Source: Cyclobacteriaceae bacterium (GTDB lineage: Bacteria > Bacteroidota > Bacteroidia > Cytophagales > Cyclobacteriaceae). From it: a stretch of DNA of 64,000 bases. Location of the stretch: positions 55,267-119,266 of the forward strand of contig JAFIEW010000001.1 in NCBI GenBank assembly GCA_020832375.1, in the 5' to 3' direction. This document shows positions 55,154 to 64,000 of this stretch, in pieces; positions within the stretch are counted from its first letter, which is position 1, and each line of letters opens with the position of its first letter. Position numbers and translations under genes: made by a program. The notes under the pieces were generated by a model that had not been told where the DNA came from, made no database searches, and saw nothing but the letters and a program-made list of their open reading frames with translations.

Positions 55154-55936
55154 ATGAGAAACTATTATCGATGTGGTATTGTGGGCAGCGGTAATGTTGC
55201 TGCTCACTTATCTACCGCTTTAGAAGCGGCGGGGCATCACGTTGATTATATTTATGGCCGTACCCCATCCCATGTAGATAAGATTATCGCGCGACTTTAT
55301 AATACAGAGTCTTGCGATCATGATTTTTCTAATAAAAACATAGATGTATTATTCATTTGTGTCAGTGATGGTGCTGTAAAAGAAGTTAGTGAAAGAGTCC
55401 TTTCCTCTGATGATGTGACCTGGGCACATTGCTCAGGTACATTACCAAAAGGCATACTAGGTTACACAAGAGAGACGCAAGGAGTCTTCTATCCATTGCA
55501 AAGCTTTACGCAGGGAAAAGAAGTAGATTGGGATGAAGTCCCAATTTTCGTTGAAAGTGAGAATAGTCAAAGTCTATCCGTTTTAAAAGATATCGCCAAA
55601 TCACTTTCTTCGCATGTATCGGTGGTAGACAGCGAAACAAGGCGTAAAATTCATCTTTCGGCGGTATTTGCATCCAACTTTAGCAATCAGATGCTTGCCA
55701 TAGCATCTGACTTGATGAAAAAATCGGGCTTAGATTTTAAACTATTACACCCTCTTGTGATAGAAACTCTTAATAAAGCTACCCTGATTGATCCAAAGTT
55801 GGCTCAAACAGGACCAGCAAAAAGGCATGACTTGGAAACGCTTGATAAGCATATGGAGCTATTATCGGCCTATCCTGAGGAGGCCGAAATTTATCGCATC
55901 ATCTCTCAATACATTATCGACAAATACCCGCAATAG
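55154..55936 (+). CDS. Rossmann-fold / DUF2520 domain protein (P5C-reductase-like)
   Basis: 260 aa. N-terminal GIVGSGNVAAHL dinucleotide-binding loop. C-terminal ..GPAKRHD..T...H motif typical of DUF2520. Confidence 0.7.
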   Translation: MRNYYRCGIVGSGNVAAHLSTALEAAGHHVDYIYGRTPSHVDKIIARLYNTESCDHDFSNKNIDVLFICVSDGAVKEVSERVLSSDDVTWAHCSGTLPKGILGYTRETQGVFYPLQSFTQGKEVDWDEVPIFVESENSQSLSVLKDIAKSLSSHVSVVDSETRRKIHLSAVFASNFSNQMLAIASDLMKKSGLDFKLLHPLVIETLNKATLIDPKLAQTGPAKRHDLETLDKHMELLSAYPEEAEIYRIISQYIIDKYPQ

Positions 55937-56028
55937 AATTATCAATCAATAAAAATAACTTCTATCGGAATAGACGTTTAAATAAAAAGTATTAATATTA
56001 CGATCAACTAACGCTATACTTTGAAAAA

Positions 56029-56484
56029 ATGAGTATTGAAGAGCAAATAAAGCAGAAAAAATTCGACAGTGAAGCTCATAAATTGAGTGTTAACATCATG
56101 TTTACTTCTGCGTGGATTGAAAACCACAATAAGGATTTTTTTAAATCTCATGAAATAACCGCTCAGCAATACAATGTACTTCGAATTTTAAGAGGTCAAA
56201 AGTCAAAACCGATTAGCACGAGCGATATTCGTAAGAGAATGATTGATAAAGCGTCGGATGTTTCGCGCATTGTAGCACGACTAAAGGATAAAAATTTAGT
56301 TTCACAATGCACATCATCGAAAGACAAGCGTTTTGTCGAGGTAGCTATTACTAATAAAGGTTTAGACCTGCTAAAAAAGATGGACCCAATCATGAATTCA
56401 TTAGACTCTCTAATGAATAATCTAAATGCTCAAGAGCAAGAAACTCTGAATAATTTACTTGACAAATTGAGAGGCTATCATTGA
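56029..56484 (+). CDS. MarR-family transcriptional regulator
   Basis: 151 aa. Winged HTH (ITAQQYNVLRILRGQ....S.SDIR.RMIDKASDVSRIVARL..K.LV). Confidence 0.85.
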   Translation: MSIEEQIKQKKFDSEAHKLSVNIMFTSAWIENHNKDFFKSHEITAQQYNVLRILRGQKSKPISTSDIRKRMIDKASDVSRIVARLKDKNLVSQCTSSKDKRFVEVAITNKGLDLLKKMDPIMNSLDSLMNNLNAQEQETLNNLLDKLRGYH

Positions 56485-56512
56485 GCTCTGAAAGTAGGAA
56501 TGGAATAATTAT

Positions 56513-57589
56513 TTACTTTCTACCGCTAGCTTTATCTTTTATTTCTGCTTTTTTCTTCATTTTGGGCAGATAAAATGAAAATGTTGATCCTTTTCCGATT
56601 GCGCTAGTTACCGCAATTTTAGATCCATGTTGCCTCACTACCTGAGAAGCTATTGCTAATCCTAGCCCTGTTCCTCCCCTATCTTTAGAACGACTTTTTT
56701 CAACTCTATAAAATCTCTCAAAAATACGATTTAAGTCCTCTGGTGGTATACCCAAGCCTTGATCTGAGATGGCAAACCAAATATCATTCTTTTCTTTCTT
56801 TAATTCAACATTTACCTCCGAGCCATCAGCACTATACTTTATAGCATTTGATACTAAATTGACAATCACTTGTCTTATTCTATAAGGATCGGCATAAACG
56901 AACATCGGTGAAGGGGGTATTTCAGGCATCTTTAGCTTAATGTTTCGCTTCTCGGCTTTATATTCGAATTGCTCAAACACCTCGCTTACTAAATGGTATA
57001 AATCCACTTCCTTGAACTCCATGGTAATGGAGCCACTCTCCATTTTAGAAAGCACCAATATATCCTGAACTAAAGCATCAAGCCCATCTAAGCTTTTGGC
57101 CGCCTTTTTAAGAAACCGATGTCTAATTTCTTCATCGTCTACGGCCCCGTCTAATAGAGTATGCAAATAGCCTTGCGCTGCAAAAATAGGGGTCTTCAGC
57201 TCATGACTCACATCTGCTAAAAATTCTTTTCTGAAAGTTTCTATCTCCTTCAACTCATTGATTTGTTGCTGCTTTTTATGTGCGTAGGAGAAAATCTCTT
57301 TATTGATTTGTCGAAGCGGGTTGAGTGGTTTTCTACCCTCTTGCTTCTTAAACATATTAAGATCACGCTTCTTAATACGCTCTAAAGCTTTATAGATACT
57401 ATTAATTTCGCGAAACACCAAGATGTCAAGTGTAATCTGGATAAGCAGATAAGAGGCGGCAAAACAAAGAATAAAATTAACCGCTAAAGTAAGTGGCTTT
57501 ACATCATCAAAAAGTGAAAGAAAAAGTGTTGTTACAAGGGCAATACAAATACCCAAAAAAAAAGATACTAATCTAGAGCTTAATTTCAT
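56513..57589 (-). CDS. Sensor histidine kinase
   Basis: 358 aa. Two TM segments, H-box FLADVSHELKTP, N box (NLVSNAIKYS), G boxes (DQGLGI, GTGLGLAI). Confidence 0.9.
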   Translation of the reverse strand: MKLSSRLVSFFLGICIALVTTLFLSLFDDVKPLTLAVNFILCFAASYLLIQITLDILVFREINSIYKALERIKKRDLNMFKKQEGRKPLNPLRQINKEIFSYAHKKQQQINELKEIETFRKEFLADVSHELKTPIFAAQGYLHTLLDGAVDDEEIRHRFLKKAAKSLDGLDALVQDILVLSKMESGSITMEFKEVDLYHLVSEVFEQFEYKAEKRNIKLKMPEIPPSPMFVYADPYRIRQVIVNLVSNAIKYSADGSEVNVELKKEKNDIWFAISDQGLGIPPEDLNRIFERFYRVEKSRSKDRGGTGLGLAIASQVVRQHGSKIAVTSAIGKGSTFSFYLPKMKKKAEIKDKASGRK

Positions 57590-57592
57590 ACT

Positions 57593-58279
57593 TTAAGTTT
57601 CAAATTTATAGCCCACCCCTTTTATCGTTCCTATGTAACCCTCTCCGATTTTTTCTCTCACTTTTCTAATATGTACATCTACTGTTCTTGCTAAAACATA
57701 AACATCTGTTCCCCAAATATTTTTCAATAATTCATCTCGATTAAAAACTTTATTCGGATGTCTAGCTAAAAAGTAAAGCAATTCAAACTCTTTCTTGGGC
57801 AACGATATGGTGGTGCCGTTTTTTTCAACAATATAAGAAGTTTTGTCTATATTCAAGTCCCTGATACTGATTGTATTTCTTTCGGACTCTACTCCTGAGC
57901 CCCTTCTTAATACTGCCTCTATCCGCTTCATCAAGGCTCGAGGTTTAATAGGCTTACTTATATAGTCGTCAGCACCTACATCAAAGGCGGCTACCTCAGA
58001 ATATTCCTCAGAGCGAGCTGTAAGAAAAATGACGTAAGTATGCTGTAGCTCTGTATGAGACTTTATCTGGCGACATGCCTCTACACCATCTACATTGGGC
58101 ATCATAATATCAAGTAAAATCAAGTGGGGTTGAAACGCTATAGCCTTTGCCACAGCTTGCTCTCCGTCTTCTGCAGTTTCTACTTTATAGCCCGCCTTGA
58201 CCAAGTTGTACTGGAGAATCTCAACGATATCTGGCTCATCATCTACAACAAGAACTTTATAAGTTATCTTTTCTGACAT
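57593..58279 (-). CDS. OmpR/PhoB-family response regulator
   Basis: 228 aa. Receiver domain (VLVVDDEPDI...LLDIMMP...KP). Winged-helix output (..LPKKEFELLYFLA..PNKVF.R.ELL..IWG.......RTVDVHIRK.R.K). Confidence 0.9.
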   Translation of the reverse strand: MSEKITYKVLVVDDEPDIVEILQYNLVKAGYKVETAEDGEQAVAKAIAFQPHLILLDIMMPNVDGVEACRQIKSHTELQHTYVIFLTARSEEYSEVAAFDVGADDYISKPIKPRALMKRIEAVLRRGSGVESERNTISIRDLNIDKTSYIVEKNGTTISLPKKEFELLYFLARHPNKVFNRDELLKNIWGTDVYVLARTVDVHIRKVREKIGEGYIGTIKGVGYKFET

Positions 58280-58618
58280 TATTTTATTTCGTTATATCGC
58301 TGTATAGAATGAAACTTCAATTTAATGGTAATGCTAGGAATAAGCTCAAATGAACTAAGGTGTATAAAGTCAATCAATATCAATTATTTGAAGCTTTACG
58401 GTAGCATTATCACTATTTAACGTAATTTTAAAACTTGCTTAAAAATAGATGAATTAACGCAATGTACCAAAGCAGAAACGAAAGGGTAATTTTTAATTAA
58501 CGATAAGAAAACACGCAAGTGACTAAGTAGTGAGAAGAAAATGCCAAGACCCTCTAAGTGACTACGGTAACTCTGAGGTAGTTAGGAAGAGTGGGTTGCT
58601 CATTCCAACTAAAAAATG

Positions 58619-59443
58619 CTACTGGTCTAAATTTAATTCAGGATGAAGGTATTTTAATCCTTCGACGTCCTTAATCTCTAGCCCAACGGATCCAACTACC
58701 AAACTTGCTTTACACTTTACAGGCATTCTGCTGGCATCAGTAGTCACCCAAACACGTATTGGTGTTTTACCTCTAAAAATTTTATTCTCAGGCATTATAG
58801 GGGATAAAACATAAGCATTAAAAGTGCCAATTTTAGTTTTAATAGTCTCGATCCCTAAAAATTCAACTTGGAACTCGTAAATCTCCTTATCGAAAAATGA
58901 GGGTATTTTAATGATATCTCCTTCTTTCACTTTAGAGTAGTCAAGCATTCTTAAGTGAACGAATCCACTTACCATATCATAAAGCTTATTTTTAGCATAC
59001 ACCAAGGAGTCAGTGACTATTTCTTTATTTTCCTTATCCATGCGAACCATTCGCACCCTATATTGCTGTTGATCAAAATAATAAGTTTCATAGCGCCTGT
59101 AGCTATTTTCTTTGATATGTCTATAAAAGCGGGTAGGGTAGTAATTTTGATCATTAATATAAGTACCCCATAAGTTTTCTATCTCATAGAGCTTAGAAAT
59201 AAGACCCGTTGACCGACCTCTGATGTTAACTTCATAACATCTTTCTCCTTGGTCAATTTTAATTTTTGGCTCTACAGATATTGTTGCTTCCCCAGCAGTT
59301 GCTACTCCAAAATGTACTCTATAGGTAAATGTTTCACCCGCCTTAAAAGGCACCTCTTTTATTAGTTCATTATATTGAGCCACTCCCACAATTGGCTGAA
59401 TCATAATATATAAAGTAAATAAAAAGCGATATGCTAGTGCCAT
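58619..59443 (-). CDS. DUF3108-like secreted protein
   Basis: 274 aa. Signal sequence, and PFKAGETFTYRVHFGVATAGEATI pattern typical of DUF3108. Confidence 0.55.
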   Translation of the reverse strand: MALAYRFLFTLYIMIQPIVGVAQYNELIKEVPFKAGETFTYRVHFGVATAGEATISVEPKIKIDQGERCYEVNIRGRSTGLISKLYEIENLWGTYINDQNYYPTRFYRHIKENSYRRYETYYFDQQQYRVRMVRMDKENKEIVTDSLVYAKNKLYDMVSGFVHLRMLDYSKVKEGDIIKIPSFFDKEIYEFQVEFLGIETIKTKIGTFNAYVLSPIMPENKIFRGKTPIRVWVTTDASRMPVKCKASLVVGSVGLEIKDVEGLKYLHPELNLDQ

Positions 59444-59678
59444 ATTTTAAAGAAATAAAGAAGAAAAACAACTCTTTTCTAACATGTGAACAACGAAAAA
59501 CATACCATTCTATTAAAAACATCAATGTTTTTATAATAACAAAAGGTGATCAGTAATTTTGAATGTTTTTAAAGGTACTCTAAACAGTCTTGCTTAAAAG
59601 TAAGCCTTTCATCCTATAAAGGTGATCAATAAAATTGTGTTGGCCTCAATAAAGTTGAAAAGGTACCTTTTACTACTA

Positions 59679-60725
59679 CTAAAAATATTGAGCCCCTCTT
59701 GATTCAATAACCAATTGACTACCCCAGATAGAAGCTGGCGTTTGGAAGCCTGGTAATTGTGGCTTTTCTTTAATCATCTTTTGCGCTATGATTAGAGCCA
59801 TCTCCGCGGTAAAAAAGTAGGTTTCACCACATCTGAGCCGCTTTTCAACTACCTCTCCTTTTGCATTGATTACTTTTCCATATACCACACTAAGTCCACT
59901 CTCATTCTGGTCTTCTGTAGGGCCATCAATATTTTTGGACACATATTCAGCCGCTTTCTTTTTCACCCATTTTGAACGAAGTAACGGCCCAAGAACTGTT
60001 TGAAACTTCATAAAATAATAGGTACTCTTTGGCACCGCTGAAAAAACCCGAATATTAGGAATCGAGGTGGTAAAATAAGCTGTTGATACATCTCCCCAAG
60101 GTATACTCATCGCAAAACGTTTGCTAGTGCCAAAATCAAACCATCGCCCATGTGCTCCTATGTTTTCAGAAACTATCTTTCCGTCAATACGGGCCGCTCC
60201 TTTTTTACCTAAATTCTCTACCATGGTCTGCATGGTGCCATGAGAAATAGAACCACCTTTACTCATAAAGGCTAATTCTAAGTGAGTAGCATCTGACAAT
60301 TGATCTGCCAAATAGCGACTCATACAATCTGTAGGTACTACATCAAAACCTACACCAGGCAATACAGTAATACCTGCTCCGGCTGCTCTCTCAGATTGAG
60401 ATTTCAAATATTCAAAAACCTCTATTTCACCTGTTATGTCAAGATAGTTGGTCTGAGAAAGGATGCATGCCTCTAGCATTGGCTTAGCTGTATGTATAAA
60501 AGGACCTGCGCAATGGATAACCAACTCAAATGGTTTAAGCTTCATTTGAAGTTCTTCCGGACGCTCAAGCGAAAAAACCATATGGTCTTGATTGTAACGC
60601 TGCGCAACAGCTTTTACTTTTTCTGCATTGCGGCCTGCTAATGTAACTTTTATACCTCGCTCATTAGCCAATTTAGCTATTAGCCTGCCCGTATAACCGT
60701 AAGCTCCGTAAATTAATAACGACAT
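59679..60725 (-). CDS. Saccharopine dehydrogenase-family NAD(P)-binding oxidoreductase
   Basis: 348 aa. N-terminal LIYGAYGYTGRLIA Rossmann loop. ..GFD.VP.D.. motif of the Sacchrp_dh family. Confidence 0.8.
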   Translation of the reverse strand: MSLLIYGAYGYTGRLIAKLANERGIKVTLAGRNAEKVKAVAQRYNQDHMVFSLERPEELQMKLKPFELVIHCAGPFIHTAKPMLEACILSQTNYLDITGEIEVFEYLKSQSERAAGAGITVLPGVGFDVVPTDCMSRYLADQLSDATHLELAFMSKGGSISHGTMQTMVENLGKKGAARIDGKIVSENIGAHGRWFDFGTSKRFAMSIPWGDVSTAYFTTSIPNIRVFSAVPKSTYYFMKFQTVLGPLLRSKWVKKKAAEYVSKNIDGPTEDQNESGLSVVYGKVINAKGEVVEKRLRCGETYFFTAEMALIIAQKMIKEKPQLPGFQTPASIWGSQLVIESRGAQYF

Positions 60726-60734
60726 ATCAATATT

Positions 60735-61886
60735 TTAATAACTGTTTTGTTCTTGCTTATCATGTAACCTATTTATCACGGGATTGGCATAAATATCAAT
60801 CAAGGAAGACAGTATCGCTTGAGGATCTGAATAAGAGCTTGTCCTTTGTTCTAAATAATGAACAAATTCTTCTTTTGCCCTTTGAGTATATTTATGAGCC
60901 ATTTTAGCCTCTCCCGACTTTAAATCGTAGGCAATATAGTTGTGTTCCCATAGCATAAAGTTTTGATGAATTTCTTCATCTATTTTTTGAGCAAATGCCT
61001 TAAACAAGTTGTTTTTATTGCCTTCTACAGGTAGTTCATCCAAAAAAGAATTCATTGGCTTACCAATACCTACATGAACCTTTGTGTTTTTTTCGAGTAC
61101 GCCACCAATCATATCCTTTAGCTCAGTAGCAGGCTTGTTCTTCGCCTGTTGAGTACGTGCTTCATGAGTCTCAATCGCTTTCATGATGTCACTAGGGTCG
61201 TATTCATAGGAAAAAGCTACAGGCACAATGTTCAGCTCTTTTAGGTTTTCATAGACATCCTCAGCTGAGCTCATAGCAAACATTTTTAAAACAGAAACTT
61301 GAGTCTGGTCATTGCCATCCTTACTACGACCCTCTCGCTGAGCAATCCACACCGATTCATTTTTCCCTGTAATTACAGACCTAATGTAAGACGAAAGCCT
61401 ATTAGAATAGTCATATAATTGACGAGTGGGAACATTCCTATGTACAATAAAGCTTTTGTTAATCCTTACCAAATCACTTACCCAAGGGATGTTAAGTAAA
61501 TTTGATCCCACCGCAATTTGACACAACTTACGGTCATATTTTGCCAATATGTAATTCAATAGGACAGTGTCTAGAAGTATATCCCGATGATTGCTAACGT
61601 ATAAATACGGCTTTCCTTTTTCTAGCTTCTCTAATCCATGCATACTGATGTTGATGCCCTCTCTATTGATAACATTATTAATGCCACCATATACAAACTT
61701 TTTCTTGAAATCATCAGCACTGTGTATGGTTCCAAAACGCTGTTTTAGATCACCCATACTCACCTCCGGGTAAAAGTAATTACAAAGCGCTTGAAATTCT
61801 GGCTTTTTAGATAAATCAGAAAGCACGCTGTTTACGTCATGATCGAAGTGTGGTCGAATATCGTGATATAGATCTTTTTCAGTCAT
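60735..61886 (-). CDS. PlsC-type acyltransferase (1-acyl-sn-glycerol-3-phosphate acyltransferase family)
   Basis: 383 aa. HX4D motif (SNHRDILLD) and downstream ..REGRSKDG.. motif. Confidence 0.75.
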   Translation of the reverse strand: MTEKDLYHDIRPHFDHDVNSVLSDLSKKPEFQALCNYFYPEVSMGDLKQRFGTIHSADDFKKKFVYGGINNVINREGINISMHGLEKLEKGKPYLYVSNHRDILLDTVLLNYILAKYDRKLCQIAVGSNLLNIPWVSDLVRINKSFIVHRNVPTRQLYDYSNRLSSYIRSVITGKNESVWIAQREGRSKDGNDQTQVSVLKMFAMSSAEDVYENLKELNIVPVAFSYEYDPSDIMKAIETHEARTQQAKNKPATELKDMIGGVLEKNTKVHVGIGKPMNSFLDELPVEGNKNNLFKAFAQKIDEEIHQNFMLWEHNYIAYDLKSGEAKMAHKYTQRAKEEFVHYLEQRTSSYSDPQAILSSLIDIYANPVINRLHDKQEQNSY

Positions 61887-62611
61887 AGGCTTTATGGTTA
61901 GTTCTTTATAGGACTCGATTATTCAAGCCAAAATCAAATATACTATTATATGATATAAAAGGGTCCATTTTAAGTAGAAAGCATAAGTAGAAAACTAGCG
62001 AAAAAGTAAAAACAGGCTCTTCATTTCTAAATGCTTTAATCAATGAATAAAAAAAGACTGTTTTTTAAATGTAAATCGATTTGAAAAACAGGATGGTGAA
62101 TATAGCGTCAAAGGAACAAAAATTTTTAAGGTGGAGTGAGGGTATTAAAAAAACACAAACCAATTATCATATCTATAAACTTTAGAGTTAATGAAGGGGC
62201 TTCATACTTGAAATAAACTTATAAATAAATAGAACTTAGACCAAATTGATACACACTTACTCGTCTTGCTGCCTCGGAGTTTTATAATATATATTTCGAA
62301 CCATATCGCACGGAAGATTAATCCAATCCAAAAATTTCAATCTGAGCCCATGAATTGGGACACAATAAAGAGATTTTGTTTAGGCAAACATTAACAAAAT
62401 TTTCTTGAGTCTAAGTAATGATCTCTCCTGAGTACAGTACAAATACTCATTTTGATGAAAAATACAGTGCTTTTCGTTGTATCAATCAAAATATACGTTA
62501 CATTAGTGTGAGAAAATCAAACAAAAGTGTTTGTTTCTTAGATAATTTGAAACTACTTTTGTTTAATAGGAGTTAAACAAAATAGAAAGACACCATAAAA
62601 TATATAAAGCC

Positions 62612-63115
62612 ATGACTGCATTAGAATTTAGTTACAACCTCGACAAAATGACAAAGTCACTAAAACCTTTCGCTCTTAGATTGACAAAGGACATGGAAGA
62701 TGCTAACGACTTACTACAGGAAACGGTAGTGAAGGCGTTTTCTAACAGAGAAAAATTCTCTGAGGGCACCAACCTAAAAGCTTGGCTTTATACAATCATG
62801 AAGAATACCTTTATTACCAACTACCAAAGAATGGTAAGAAGAAATACCTTCATTGATAGCACTGAAAATCTACATTATATAAATTCATCTGATAACACTA
62901 TTCAGAATGGTGCTTACATGGATTTTGCAATGAAAGATATCCATGAAGCTATTGATAAGTTAGATGATATATATAAAGTACCTTTCAATATGCATTTCAC
63001 TGGTTATAAATATCATGAGATTGCTGATCACCTTGAAATCCCGATTGGTACAGTAAAAAATAGAATTCATATTGCTAGAAAAGAGTTAAAGTCTAAACTA
63101 ACGCAGTATGCATAA
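62612..63115 (+). CDS. ECF-type RNA polymerase sigma-70 family factor
   Basis: 167 aa. Region 2 ([14 protein letters not shown]......[19 protein letters not shown]). Region 4 HTH ([26 protein letters not shown]). Confidence 0.9.
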   Translation: MTALEFSYNLDKMTKSLKPFALRLTKDMEDANDLLQETVVKAFSNREKFSEGTNLKAWLYTIMKNTFITNYQRMVRRNTFIDSTENLHYINSSDNTIQNGAYMDFAMKDIHEAIDKLDDIYKVPFNMHFTGYKYHEIADHLEIPIGTVKNRIHIARKELKSKLTQYA

Positions 63116-63152
63116 AGAATATTTGTTGATTGATGGTTAAATGGTTGTAAAG

Positions 63153-63187
63153 GCGCAAATCATTAGATTTGCGCTTTTATTTTTTTG
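63153..63187 (+). terminator. Rho-independent terminator after the sigma factor gene
   Basis: GCGCAAATC-ATTA-GATTTGCGC (9-bp stem, 63153-63174) followed by TTTTATTTTTTT. Confidence 0.85.
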
Positions 63188-63685
63188 AAGTCTACCAAAT
63201 TTGTTTATTCAATCAATACAGCTCTTTAGGGCATGTTTAAAAACAGATAAATCGTTGATAAACAAATCATAAAGTTTATACTTTATTTATTTGAGTGCAC
63301 GGTTTTTAATCAAAAATCAGTGCAAATGCTTGCGACGAAAATGTCTTAGATCAACATTTTATAGCTTAGTACCAGGCGTTATGGTGAATCGTAAGTTGTA
63401 CTTGAAAAAATTTAAAAGCTTAAGATAAGCTTCTTGAAGTTTATCATTTTTTCCATCAAATAAGACAAGAGAAGCTTGTGCCGCTTCGAATCTGCAGAAC
63501 CTGGGCCTTTTAAGCAAGCCCATTTTAATATTCAAAAAAATCATCAGATAAGGAGATACTTCGACTAGCTGCTTGCATTAAAAGTTTCTACCATTCAGTG
63601 TAAAAATGATGCTATAAGGCTTAACCTTATATGTATTCATCTGTCTTGAAACTAAAAACAAGTGATATTTATCCCGGCTTATGCG

Positions 63686-63838
63686 TTAGGATTCGTAATG
63701 AGAGTACAAAATGCAATAAAATCAAGTATTTAGCTGAGGCATAGCTCCGCTCTGGTGATGGCGATATATACAGCGAAGCGATTGATTTTGAAGCAGTATG
63801 CGCTCGAAATGTAATTGCTAATGCATATTCTGGGTTTA
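63686..63838 (+). repeat. Copy 2 of the ~155-nt non-coding paralogous element
   Basis: Aligns with 43542-43698 (see copy 1). The 67-aa minus-strand ORF 63669..63872 that overlaps it is not conserved in copy 1. Confidence 0.8.
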
Positions 63839-63922
63839 TCAAAGGAAAGCTTTTAAATGTCAAAAAAGACATCTAAAACAACAATATTTTTCGATTTTGT
63901 AGGTGAATGAATAGAGAAACTG

Positions 63923-63950
63923 AAAAAAGGGATCGTTTCCAATCCCTTTT
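63923..63950 (-). terminator. Terminator of a minus-strand gene that enters the window at its right edge
   Basis: AAAAGGGAT-N8-ATCCCTTTT hairpin (63925-63950). On the minus strand it is followed by a T-run (plus-strand A-run 63923-63928). Confidence 0.6.
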
Positions 63951-64000
63951 CATTTTATAGGCTCATACTTTTTCACTAACTCATTAACTATTAGGGCACT
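63950..64000 (-). CDS. 3' end (16 codons + stop) of an unidentified minus-strand gene, partial
   Basis: Minus-strand frame reads SALIVNELVKKYEPIK then TGA (plus 63950-63952), immediately followed by the terminator hairpin. Too short to identify. Confidence 0.3.
   Translation of the reverse strand, partial: SALIVNELVKKYEPIK

Noticed and set aside
63669-63872. 67-aa minus-strand ORF overlapping copy 2 of the 155-nt element.
   Set aside because: The homologous copy 1 (43542-43698) has no corresponding open frame. The translation is low-complexity. The sequence conservation is better explained at the nucleotide level.
1-64000. Search by eye for CRISPR arrays, rRNA genes, transposases, integrases and prophage modules.
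   Set aside because: No regularly spaced direct repeats were seen. No ORF shows DDE/tyrosine-recombinase/serine-recombinase motifs, and no phage structural genes are present. The only repeated sequences are those reported above.

Overview
This 64-kb segment is chromosomal and most likely from a member of Bacteroidota (Cytophagia/Flavobacteriia-like). The taxon guess is an inference from four things: a canonical -33 TTTG / -7 TAnnTTTG promoter in front of the tRNA genes, a fused ccoN-ccoO, a CPSKY-type CcmE, and a TonB-dependent receptor with a CarboxypepD_reg N-terminus. Most of the window is housekeeping:
- pyrD, dinB, ftsH and two tandem identical tRNA-Asn(GTT) genes.
- A small carotenoid cluster (crtB-ispH-crtW).
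- A complete cbb3 oxidase locus on the minus strand (ccoI-ccoS-ccoNO-ccoQ-like-ccoP-ccoG-fixH-tauE-like) next to a Crp/Fnr regulator.
- A System I cytochrome c maturation cluster (ccmB-C-D-like-E-F).
- A SNF2 helicase, a two-component system, a MarR regulator and an ECF sigma factor.

The accessory part is the first ~7.8 kb. It contains:
- A 1285-aa single-chain Type IIG (Eco57I/PglX-like) restriction-modification enzyme. Its post-NPPY/specificity region is compositionally foreign.
- Immediately downstream, a very AT-rich two-gene module: a DUF262 (ParB/GmrS-like) protein that lacks the usual DUF1524 nuclease, plus a small Rx4H HEPN protein. This module is my best candidate for an uncharacterised defence system.
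- A 5'-truncated HigB/Gp49-like toxin remnant with an intact HTH antitoxin.
- A gene broken across three frames.

Other points worth a second look:
- dnaX is split at an A10 run, and the tau-specific C-terminus lies in the -1 frame.
- Two near-identical ATGAC-N4-GTCA(T) palindromes sit ~80 nt upstream of ccoI and of a neighbouring unknown gene, beside the Crp/Fnr gene.
- A ~155-nt non-coding element is present in two copies 20 kb apart.
- A short TTTTGCGTGGGATGAG-like motif is dispersed through intergenic regions.
- An 825-bp structured intergenic region.

I saw no CRISPR array, rRNA, transposase or integrase. All protein family calls rest on motif recognition from memory, not on database searches.
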